DNA of 64,000 bases from Macrostomum lignano (lineage: Eukaryota): assembly GCA_002269645.1 (NCBI GenBank), contig NIVC01002097.1:124001-188000 (forward strand), written 5' to 3'. Every line of letters starts with the position of its first letter. Within the stretch, counting starts at the first letter, position 1. The notes below the pieces were generated by a model. The model was not told the origin of the DNA. It saw nothing but the letters and a program-made list of their open reading frames with translations, and made no database searches. The position numbers and the translations under genes were made by a program. Below, one piece after another: positions 49,119 through 60,227 of the stretch.

Positions 49119-49847
49119 TCAGTAGACCTTGACCAGCTTGCTCCAGTCAGGGTCCGTCTCGATGGCGTCTCCAACGCTGGCATCGGAGAAGTCCAGCATT
49201 CTGCACCTGCCGTCCGCCTTGTTGTGCAGGGCGGCCCTGCACTGCCACCGGTCAGCGCAGCGGAGAGCGCACTCGGACTCCCGCCTGACGCCCGCCAGCT
49301 CGGTGAAGCAGTAGCTGGGGCTGATACTGCCGAGGCGCAGGAAGGCGGCCCGCCTGAACCTCCCGCTGTTCGGCGTCACCAGCGCCTGGCAGAGGAAGCC
49401 TTTCTGCCTGTCGGGCTTGAAATCGTTGATCCCGCGCCGCTTTAGCGCCAGAAAATCGTCTCTCGGATTCGAGTTGCCCGGGCCGCCGCCGACCCAGTCG
49501 GAGTCGTCGGCCAGCAGCTGGCGGCCGTCGGTCAGCAGCCAGCCAGTCCTGTTGGCGCCTCGTTCCACCAGCAGGTCGGTCGCTCCGATCCACAGGCCGC
49601 CGCCGGTCACCGAGCCGACGACCGCGCGCAGCAGCTCCAGTTCGATGGCCAGCTCTCCGCCCATTCTCCAGCAGGCTTCGGCCGCCTCGCACCAGCCGAC
49701 TTTGTCGCTCGCGTTCCAGTAGGCGCAGCGGCCGCCAGATGGCGTTGGCGTCCGAGTCATCGGCCAGCTGCACGAGGCGGCATCAGCGGCGGGTCGCGAG
49801 CTCAGAACGGCGAAGACTGCGGCTACAATGCGGAGTCTCACCTGCAT
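49119..49847 (-). CDS. Secreted C-type lectin domain + PAN/apple domain protein, 242 aa, single exon
   Basis: Signal-peptide-like N-terminus; CTLD motifs WCEAAEAC, LWIGATD and GFLCQ; C-terminal SECALRCADRWQCRAALHNKADGRCRM (PAN). Confidence 0.78.
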   Translation of the reverse strand: MQVRLRIVAAVFAVLSSRPAADAASCSWPMTRTPTPSGGRCAYWNASDKVGWCEAAEACWRMGGELAIELELLRAVVGSVTGGGLWIGATDLLVERGANRTGWLLTDGRQLLADDSDWVGGGPGNSNPRDDFLALKRRGINDFKPDRQKGFLCQALVTPNSGRFRRAAFLRLGSISPSYCFTELAGVRRESECALRCADRWQCRAALHNKADGRCRMLDFSDASVGDAIETDPDWSKLVKVY

Positions 49848-50119
49848 GGCTCTACCTGGACTCGGTTGAGCTGTGTTTCCATCACTGAATAATACAGCTT
49901 TTTATCCATTTTGCTGCTAAAAGCATATGGTTCTAAAAGCTTTGCTTTTCTGCAATGAAAAGGCTTTAAAACTTTCAAAAGACAAAGATGCTTTCATTGC
50001 TAAGCAAACAGAGCCCCATGGACGGAAATGTGGTCGCAAATGCGAGCTACTTCTGCCTTTAGTAAAATCTCCAAAAAGACTACAGGAAACCTTGGTTTGT
50101 TCAATCTGAGTTTTAAAAT

Positions 50120-50683
50120 GGGGAGTTCACAAACTCGAAATTTCACAACGTCGAAAGCACCTTCTTTCACAAGATCGAAATTTCACAAGGTCGAAATTTC
50201 ATAACATCGAAAACTCAAACAGCAACCACTTTCACAAGGTCGAAATTTCACAACATCGAAAACTTTAGCAAGAGACTTCACAAGGTCGAAATTTCACAAC
50301 GTACGAGTAGAAAACTACTGCAAAGTTCTTGTTATATTAAGTTTTCGATGTTGTGAAATTTCGACCTTGTGAAGTTTCGACCTTGTGAAAGTGGTTGCTG
50401 TTTGAGTTTTCGATGTTATGAAATTTCGATGTTGTGAAATAATTTACTTTTCGACGTTGTGAAATTTCGACCTTGTGAAATAATTTACTTTTCGACGTTG
50501 TGAAATTTCGACCTTGTGAAGCTTCGACCTTGTGAAATAATTTACTTTTCGACGTTGTGAAATTTCGACCTTGTGAAATAATTTACTTTTCGACGTTGTG
50601 AAATTTCGACCTTGTGAAGCTTCGACCTTGTGAAATAATTTACTTTTCGACGTTGTGAAATTTCGTCCTTGTGAAAGCACCCC
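50120..50683. mobile_element. Foldback/Mutator-like element built of tandem subrepeats
   Basis: Ends GGGGAGTTCACAA / TTGTGAAAGCACCCC; inverted arrays of TTTCACAAGGTCGAAA; flanks TTTTAAAAT / TTTTAAAAG (9 bp, 1 mismatch). Confidence 0.65.
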
Positions 50684-51594
50684 TTTTAAAAGACCCACTA
50701 AAAGGTTGGTCGCTAAAAATTAAAACGAAACATTTTCAGGAGGACTACGGACACCCTGACGCAACGCCTCCTGCCGTTCTGCGACATCGGTCCCACAACC
50801 AGCGCCGAGGCAGTTCTTACCATTCCGCTGACTACTGTACGCAGGCACGCTCTCGCACAGTGTGTACAGTGGGTTAGCGGCCCCGACTTCCTAATCGTCT
50901 GGCATGTACTGTGTCATTTGGGTTGACCAAATGGTCTACCCCATGGACGGACGCTACATGTACATTGTACTCTTACGTTTCTAGATACGAGCTAAGCTTA
51001 AATATTCGGCTATCTATGTAGTTAGGCTATTTTTACTTCTTGCATAAATCTAAGGAGCTCTAGCTAAGGAGAAAGTGATACTCGTACCGTATGTTTACGA
51101 GCGTAATAGTCAATAGACCGCCATTAGGCAGGCAGTCAGAACTTGAACTTTTTCGGAATTTTATGCCTTCGTAACGAGGAGAGGAAAATACGAGTATTGA
51201 AAAGAAAATTTAAATCAATAATCAAGTCTACATACATGAATCTACTTACTCGTAAGGTATACTGAAACATCTAGATATCTATTGCGTCCGAAAATCTGCT
51301 TATTATTCAGCAGTGCATGCGCATTGTTTCGGACTCATTGCGACTATCATAGGTAGAGCGACACATCAGGCTCCTAGCCTCTCGAAGCCGGCCGCGGCGA
51401 CCCCGTGCAGGCGGCACCGCGACCCAGCTCAGTCTCGAACTCGCCGGTCCTGCAGCTCTGCTCGGCGCTGGCGCACAAAACTGCGCATTCGATGCCGCTC
51501 CGAGCGGCCACGGAGGCGGCGGCGGCTCGGCGACCGGCCGGCCGTCCGCAGCCAGAACTCTGCAGCGATTCGGGCAGCAGTGGGAGAGATGGAG

Positions 51595-52372
51595 AATCGG
51601 CATTCTGCATCACCAGACTCAGACAGACTCACCAGCTGGGGAATCGGAATTCTGCATCACCAGACTCAGACAGACTCACCAGCTGGGGAATCGGAATTCT
51701 GCATCACCAGACTCGGACAGACTCACCAGCTGGGGAATCGGAATTCTGCATCACCAGACTCGGACAGACTCACCAGCTGGGGAATCGGAATTCTGCATCA
51801 CCAGACTCGGACAGACTCACCAGCTGGGGAATCGGCAAGCTGCATCCCCAGACTCAGACAGATCCGACTTGGATTCCCGCTCAGCTTTGAGTTGGATTCC
51901 CGCTCAGATCCGACTTGGATTCCCGCTCAGATCCGACTTGGATTCCCGCTCAGCTTTGAGTTGGATTCCCGCTCAGATCCGACTTGGATTCCCGCTCAGC
52001 TTTGAGTTGGATTCCCGCTCAGATCCGACTTGGATTCCCGCTCAGCTTTGAGTTGGATTCCCGCTAAGATCCGACTTGGATTCCCGCTCAGACCCGACTT
52101 GGATTCCCGCTCAGCTTTGAGTTGGATTCCCGCTCAGATCCGACTTGGATTCCCGCTCAGCTTTGAGTTGGATTCCCGCTAAGATCCGACTTGGATTCCC
52201 GCTCAGATCCGACTTGGATTCCCGCTCAGCTTTGAGTTGGATTCCCGCTCAGATCCGACTTGGATTCCCGCTCAGATTCGACTTGGATTCCCGCTCGCTC
52301 AGCTTTGAGTTGGATTCTCGCTCAGATCCGACTTGGATTCCCGCTCAGATCCGACTTGGATTCCCGCTCCGA
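51595..52372 (+). repeat. Compound intronic satellite: 47-bp unit (51595-51860) then two alternating 23-bp variants (51860-52372)
   Basis: Units ttctgcatcaccagactcggacagactcaccagctggggaatcggaa; gatccgacttggattcccgctca / gctttgagttggattcccgctca. Confidence 0.93.
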
Positions 52373-53946
52373 ATCAAACTGAAGTAATTAACCCTGAGTT
52401 TTTCTCACCCCAGTCAGCCGCTGCCAAATAGTGCAGCTGAAAGCCTATGTACGTCGTACACAGTGTTTTCATTGGTCTCAAACTTGACGCGAAGCACGCT
52501 GCCACCGGTTAAGTAGTTCTGGGAGGTGAAGCTGCCCACATCGAGTGACACAGATTGCAGAGTTGCTCCAGAGCTGTTATAAAATTTTACGAAATCGCAG
52601 CAGGTCTCCAGATGCATGAAGGTGAAGCGCGCGATCACAATGGAATCGATCGGACCGGATATTGTCCAGCTGCAGTTCATCCTGTTATAGTAGGAACTGT
52701 CGTGGCTCAGGACCATGCCTCCGATGTAAGCTGGTGCCATTCGCCTGTACTCAGTGGGACAATCTGGATGGAGAGTATAATGACTTGAGCTGTAAAGTGT
52801 ATTCTAACTTTTAATTGCGCAGCCATGCAGACTGAAAGATGGCAGGACAAGACAGGTAGGCAGAATAAGCTAACGATGATAGCAATAATGGGCTAATGCT
52901 CTCACAGAACCGATGCCCGGCATCTCTGACGATCGCGTACCACACGAAGAAGCCCAAGCGGGTCACGCTTCCATCGGTGTGCAGGTGCAAAGTCATCATA
53001 TTGGACGATGACCTGGTCTCAATATACACCTGGCTGTTGTCGCTCGGGTCGGCCGTGAACAGCAGCAGTCCGATCCTCGTGCCATCGTGCAGAGACACGC
53101 GGTCGTAGCCGGTCTCCATGTACACCGCATGAAAAGCGTAAAAATTACGAGTACATAACCCTCCGGTGCTCGAATCGTGGCGTAGCAATCAAGATTGTTT
53201 TCGTATGTACCAGTCGACCTGCTAGTTTCTGCCGCGTACATCCTTAAGGTGCTCTTCCTGAGGGAGCGTCGTGGAGGCTCACAAAATCGTTGCCAGTCTT
53301 CAAGTCGGCGTAAGAAAATCGCGCAGAGATTCTGTAGCTGGACTTGGCCCTCAGCTGCAGGGTGCAGAGCGTGTTGCTGAGGTACTGGCTGCTGTACATT
53401 CCATCGTGGCTCACAATCGAGAGCTCGCCTTCGTCTATGCTGACGTCGAACGCTGCGCTGGACGTAACGCCTTTGGGGCAGACTGGAGTGTTTTGTTAGA
53501 AAGTTCGGTAAGATGTCATGACTTTTTTAATCCTGGCATTTGTGGTAGCAACCCAGACCTTAATCTTGCCCTACAAATGCAAAATACCTTTAGCAATGCA
53601 CAAGTAGCCACCTGGTGCTCTTGAGCACGTGCATGCGTATAAGAACCCCTGACAACTTTGCTAGCAGCCAGTTACTCCTGTTTCCAGCAGCATGGTGCAT
53701 GCGGTGCATTCATGCCAGATCGACTCACCATGCGGTGTATTCATGCCAGATCGACTCACCATGCGGTGCATTCATGTCAGATCCACTCACCAGTCTGCCG
53801 GGGAACGCAGCCTCCAGCTGACAAAAGAGAGAAGAAAATTATGAAGAAATTATGAAGATATAGTGGACAATAGCAGGCATTCCGGAACAGCGGGACGTTG
53901 AATATATTTGTACTACCAAGCTGCAACTTTGGAGCGTACATGTATT

Positions 53947-54902
53947 CAGGGGTGTCGCCATGGATTTTATGTTGAGGGGGACAAAGCCGAGAATTCTACA
54001 TGTACACGACTGAATTCTTATGTAAATACATTAATTAGTGCCGCAGACACTCAGTCAGTGTTTGTCCCCGCACCGCACCGCATATATTTTGGCGCCACAG
54101 GCACTTATTTTGGCGCCACAGGCACTTATTTTGGCGCCACAGGCACTTATTTTGGCGCCGCAGGCACTCATTTTGGCGCCGCAGGCACTCATTTCGGCGC
54201 CGCAGGCACTCATTTTGGCGCCGCAGGCACTCATTTCGGCGCCGCAGGCACTCATTTCGGCGCCGCAGGCACTCATTTCGGCGCCGCAGGCACTCATTTT
54301 GGCGACGCAGGCACTTATTTTGGCGCCGCAGGCACTCATTTTGGCGCCGCAGGCACTCATTTTGGCGCCGCAGGCACTCATTTTGGCGACGCAGGCACTT
54401 ATTTTGGCGCCACAGGCACTCATTTTGGCGCCGCAGGCACTCATTTTGGCACCGCAGGCACTCATTTTGGCGCCGCAGGCACTTATTTCGGCATCGCAGG
54501 CACTCAATTGCCTTATGGTTTTTGGTACCCACCGCGCCCAACCCCACCCCCCCAGGCGATTGGGGGGGGGGGGCGCGACCCCCCCCGCCCCCCCCTGGCT
54601 ACGCCACTGGCCGTCACCATACGAGACCGGCTTGCTTTTTCCAGTAAAAGCTATGGGGGGACATGCCAATGCTTTGTCCCCTCACCTAATTTTGTGACCC
54701 GTTATGGCAGTCAATAATTTTGTTTCAGGGTGAAAAGCATAGCGCCCGCGGCACCGAAAATGAGTGCCCGCAGTGCAAAAAAAGGGTGCCTGCGACGCCA
54801 AAATGAGAGCTGTCAACACCGATTCTGATAATAATGTACAGTACATGTACTTGTAGATTTCTTGGCTTGTCCCCCGACCAGAAAATCAATGGCGACGCCC
54901 TG
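53947..54902. mobile_element. hAT-like non-autonomous element containing a 21-bp satellite (54085-54505)
   Basis: TIR CAGGGGTGTCGCCAT / ATGGCGACGCCCTG; TSD CATGTATT / TATGTATT; internal unit ttttggcgccgcaggcactca. Confidence 0.72.
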
Positions 54903-55739
54903 TATGTATTCGATTGAGTTAGACAGCGAGATAATGTTTACAAAAAGAACTTTTTTTGATTCTGTTACAGTCTTTGTTGAAAAAAATTGGATACTTAGAA
55001 ATGTGCTTTTAACAATATTTGTTTGCAGGTATTTTCAAACCAAGCTCGAACAGCCACCACAGCTTCATACTCTACGTGAAAGCCGGTCCCTGAGTTTGTC
55101 TCGTCCGACTTGAATAGAACTCGCAGAGAATTCGAACTCGACCGAAACCGCACCGGAGTGGCAAGATGGCGGGAAGCAGTCGACAGGTTGGCCAGCGGGA
55201 GGCCGTTTGAGTCCAGTAGAGCGAGGATGTCATAATCCGGCTCAAGATCCAGGTAGGTCACTGCTGCGCTGATTGCATAGCCGGCAGGTGCTTGCAGCGT
55301 CAGCGCGCAGTCGGCATTGTGCGGATAACGGGACCCCTCGGACACGCCTCGGTGACTCACCACGGAGCCGGACGAGTTCGCTTGAAGGCCGATGCTTCGA
55401 GTTTCGTTGCACACTGAGAAGTGGCAAAGGAAAAGACAACTGGCTTTTGAGAATGTACTTTCTAACGGACATTTCTACGGATCCATGCTACCTAACTTTG
55501 AATGAGACATAGCATTTGCTGTAAAACTTCATCTGAGGTTCTATAAATTGCTGTTTCAGTGAATCTTCGAACTCCGGAAAGAACTGATAGATTGACTGCT
55601 TCGGCCTTTAGCAGCATTCACCAGTGTTAAACGCACTCTGTGTCATATTTGTTTCTATTCGGGCACGCGTTTCTTTCTGTAATTGCCCTGTGCCAACATC
55701 TGCATAAACAGCATGACTAAACTGTACTAAATATTGTGC

Positions 55740-56255
55740 ATAGCAGTCAGTGACCTCCCACATCACAGGGCAGATGGGCGGGCACCCAGAACTGCCGGCA
55801 ATCGCGTGCTGCGGTTCCGTGCCCCTCTTGCAAGCTCAGGAACGGTTTCTGAACAAAAATCGAAAGGATATTCGAGCCCTTGTCATGACCTTTACCAGCT
55901 ATGGCTACCTCATCAGACACTGCTTCCTCCGAGGCGACCTCGAGAGTGAACTTTGCCCTTTTTGCAAGTACGACAATGAAAATGCTCAGCACTTTGTCTG
56001 TCACTGCATGCCCTTTCTTTACCAGAGACCGGCTACGCTACCTCGGTCCAAATCCGTCCAACGACGAGGTCTGCCAGCCCGACAGTTCCTTTGGGTGACA
56101 AGATGAGATCACGCTGCATGACGGACCGGCGGACCACCCTGACCGGCCCCACGCCTCTGCCTGTCTGCGGACCTTCAGGGGCTAGCGGAATGGGCGGCCC
56201 TTGCCTCCCCGCTGTGTCTACGGACCACCCTGCAGCTAAGTCAAGTGAAGTCAAG
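55740..56255 (+). mobile_element. 5'-truncated LINE fragment (C-terminal CCHC zinc knuckle + 3' UTR), R1/Loa/I-like
   Basis: WAGTQNCRQSR..., RALVMTFTSYGYLIRH..., CPFCKYDNENAQHFVCHC; ends in short (T/G)AAG(T/G)CAAG-type tail repeats. Confidence 0.7.
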
Positions 56256-59200
56256 ACCTTGCAAATCAATCAGAAACTTACCGAAGCCGTCGGGCACCAC
56301 GCTGAGCAGCAGCTTGAAGCCGTAGTGGCTGTTTGAATTGCCCGAGAATCGAACTACGGCGCTGCTCGTAGCTGACCGATAACTCGACCTGGGACGAGCA
56401 ATACACTTCGTTGACTCAAATGTTAGTTAGCAGGCAAAAGCTTTGTTTTTAGGAAACGACGCACTAACTTAGTGCTGAGATGCCAAGGCTTACAGTGGAA
56501 ATTACTGAGATATAAAGGTTCATGGGGGAAATTTCTGAGATGTGAAGGCCTACGATGGGAATCGCTGAGATGTGATGGCTTACGGGTGAGTAGCAAAGAT
56601 GTCAAGGCCCATGGGGAAAATCGCCGAGATGCCAAGGCTCATGAGGGAATTTCTGTGATTTCAACGCTTAATTGGAGTTTAATTCTGTCATCTAAGAGCT
56701 TCGAATAGAAGACTGGCAGCATTGAGTTGACGGCTGGTTCTGCAGGATGCTAACTTCCAGAAAACTTACTGAGTGTACATTAAGCAGTTTTAATTTTCTC
56801 ATGTTAATTTTTTTTACCATTTTCATGTGTTTTTCTGAGTTTATAGGCTTTTTGAGTAACTCATGCGTTAATACTTTGCGACCTCTAGCTAGATTCAAGT
56901 CAAAGGCATACCAGCTATGGCTATGGTTCTCAGCAGAACTCGAAAGCCAAGACGGGACGTCGAGCTGACCCACCGCGACTCGCTCTGCAGCCAGGACGGG
57001 CCGGAGAGCCGGCCAAGCAAATTCCAAGTTGTCATGCAGGCTCAGAAAGTCGCTTCCGGCTTCGAAATCGGCGAAGACCACCCGGGCGAGCACCCCGTAA
57101 CCGGCCGGAGCTCGTAGCGTGGCGACGCAGTTGACGCTGCCGCTTCGCTGCCAGCCGTAGTGGAAGCCGCGATGACTCAGCAGCTCCACTGACTCGCTTG
57201 TAAGCAAGATTGTACTGCACCGATCCGTCTGGGACTTGAATGTCGTTTTCGCAGACTGAAAAGCGGTAGGAAAGTCAAAATATACTGTCGTTCTAGAAGT
57301 AAATATTGATGGTTTTACCGTACCGGCAAACCTAAGCAACCCTACAGGGCCAGCGGATGTGGCATACTTATCGACTAGAGCTCTTTATTTTTCCCTATTT
57401 GTCAGAGGCAGCCGTCGGTTGGGCAGTACGGAGTACTTCAGCGCGTAGCCCCAGCCTCCCGGACTGTTTCCAGTTGTCAAGGCAACGGACACAGCGCTGC
57501 CCTCGGAAATGTATTCGGCTGACGTAAAGAATCGAAAATGGTCGATTGACGGAGTCTGCACCCTAGGCTGGGCCACCGGCGGTTGGCTGATTCTGTAGCT
57601 CTGCCAGAACTGCAGGCTGTCACAGCAGGCCTGCAGGTCCATGTACCACAGCTGTAGGCGGATTCGGTAGCCGAACGGGGCTCGCAGTTTGAAGGTGCAG
57701 CGCATGCTGGTGTAGTACGGGCTTCTGCACACTTCAGCATGGCTTCCCAGCTGCGCCACTCGGCGTCCTGCGCACCAATGGAAAAGTCGGCCTCGAAGTT
57801 TCCGGAGCCTGGGCAGACTGGGGAGTTCAGCGCGGAGGATTGGAGAGTTTAGCTGATGAGGATGAAACATTTTGCTATGGAACAGCATCCGGAGTTCTGC
57901 AGCCAGAATTCTATACATGTACTGCACTTGTGCAACCTCGATAAGGTTTCTTTTACTACGGCGTACATTTCGTGGTTAACTGCGCCTTGCAGCTTTTGAC
58001 AATTTATTGACAACTATATCTTTGGAAATAATTATTTAAATTTTACGAGCTATCAAAATTAATTAGTGAATCAACCTCAGATAACCTCAGTCCATTTTAG
58101 TGATACAATAACAGTTTTCGATGCTTCCCTATGTGGCTTTACGGGCTCTTTCCTGGTTTTCAGCGTTCCTGGCTCGCGGTCTCGGGACTGCTAATCTCGG
58201 GATTTTGTCTCGTCTCACAGTAACTCGGTATTCACGTTTGTTTGTTTGTAGAATGGGGAGTTTCATGGACGCAGCCGATGTCAACATTTGTCACTAGATC
58301 GACGAATTCAAATTTCAGCTTCTCGTAGATGTCAAGCTGGGCTAAAGTCAACCACAATTTCCTTGTTTTGCACCCGGTGCACGATCTCTTCACAGTAGCA
58401 ACGTCACGTACGTAGTTTTTTGGGAGCCCGGGACACCAGTGAGATATTAGGCCGCCAAGAGCCGGCAGCTGCATGTATGTACGCCTTGTCGATGTCATCC
58501 GTCGATGCCATCCGTCGATGCCTTGTCGTTAAGTTGATCACCGTCCAGCTGCAGAATTTGCGCAGGTCGTGACGCAGACTAATTCAAATTTTCGACACGA
58601 CGGCTCATGGTTTAAAAAGACGCATCCTAGGAATGATCAGTCACAAAAGCAGAATGAGCTGGATGATCGGTAGTGCAATCTTATTCGATAGCTAGTAGCA
58701 GGACTCACCTTGCATTTTACGTGCAAGTTTATATATCCGACTTCATGTTGTTCTGTAATGGACCGAAATCCATTATTGCTTTACATGCATTCTACATCTG
58801 CAGTAGCATGTGTTTTCAGTAGTTATAATTCTAAGTAGATTCATAACTATCTGGTTTACATACATGTGCAAAAATTGATGCACATATACAAAAAAATTAT
58901 GTCAGTTCTCGGCAATTCGGCAGAAAATATAAAATTTAGTACGAGACATCACTGGACATCCACAGTGTAGAATTCAGGTTTTACTACATCTGCGCATCTC
59001 CGTTCTTTAGCCAATAATTTTAGTATAGTAAAATATAGTGAATACGCTATATTTTACCAAGTGAAGAACTTGAAGTTTTATACGCCACAAGCTGGAACTA
59101 TTATTTTTGAAAACGACCCATTTAATTTGAAATATTGCACATCAGCTAAAACAAATATTATGTAGAGATACTCCTGGCATTACTGAAAGAAAATTTGTAC

Positions 59201-60227
59201 AAATAATTGAATGTTTCTAATACTCGATAGCCACTCTAGAGTTAGGTCCTTTTGTTCTTAATTTTTGAGCATTGAATTACCATGATGGCAATATTTGGCT
59301 TTATGTTTTCTGTGAAATCACTGTCAAGTTTTATAGTTAATTGTTATGACCATAATATCTATTGTCCTAGTACTCAAACTGTCAGTGTTGAATGTTAATG
59401 GATGCATTTTGGGTATCTTTATTTAATTACACCTGATAACTTCACTTTAAATGGCTCCGTTTTATGATATGTTAAAATTACCAACAATTCGAGATTTTAA
59501 CTTCATCAAATAGCTCGAGTTTGATTTGGGAATTTAACTGTTATTTCGAAACTCTTACCCTTTTATGAAATTTTAAAAAGATTAGATCGAAATCCTTTTT
59601 TTAATTAACTGGCCGTGACTCCTCGAAGCTACTTTAAAAACCATTTTAGTTATTTCCAAAATAAAATGTCTATCTTATTCTTGTCCCAGTATTCATTTTT
59701 TATTCTGATAGTATCTAATCTGAAAGATGGACCAAGAGACAAATGGTCTGATAGAATTGATTATAGCATAGTAAATGATATACTAAAACAAGACATCAAT
59801 AGATGTCAACTATTTGCATTAGGCCTAGTTTATGATAATTAATTAACATTAAGTTGTTAACTAAAAAAACAAAAATAAAATCAAATATAAAATATTTTTA
59901 TATTTACTTTGTCTTTGTATCTATTATTAAAAATTATATATCATTGTAAATAAATTTAGAAAATATGCTCATCATAAATTGTTCATCTTGCTGGATGAAC
60001 TATTCAATTTTTGAACTATATGATTAATTTTTAATTGTTTTCTGAATTTAGTTTTGCCCACATATCTTATAATATGAAAACATAGGCCTACCCACTAGCT
60101 AGCATAACTGTTGGTATTTTTTTTATGCAGCTCTGATTTGCTTTACAAATGTATATATATTGAAATTCCCATTTCAGCTCTTCAATGCTCCAAGAACAAG
60201 CATTTATTTGTGTGCCATATTAAGGCT

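Larger units (their letters stand above)
51374..57817 (-). pseudogene. Multi-CUB-domain (+ C-terminal PAN-like) extracellular protein gene with several lesions
   Basis: CUB exons at ~57817-57400, 57228-56912, ~56390-56282, 55413-~55050, 53482-~52915 and 52763-52414 (e.g. YPHNADCALTLQAPAGY...SSSNSLRVLFKSDETNSGTGFHVEY), plus a PAN-like exon ~51600-51374 (SGIECAVLC). Frameshifts or a stop at ~57780, 53244-53246, 53140 and 52449. Confidence 0.65.

Noticed and set aside
53908-54717. 269-aa GAAGTHF-repeat ORF resembling an antifreeze or structural protein
   Set aside because: It lies inside a TIR/TSD-bounded element in an intron and is fully explained by a 21-bp satellite.
58232-58498. 88-aa Cys-containing ORF as a possible first exon of the CUB gene
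   Set aside because: No signal peptide or domain recognised, and the splice linkage could not be established.
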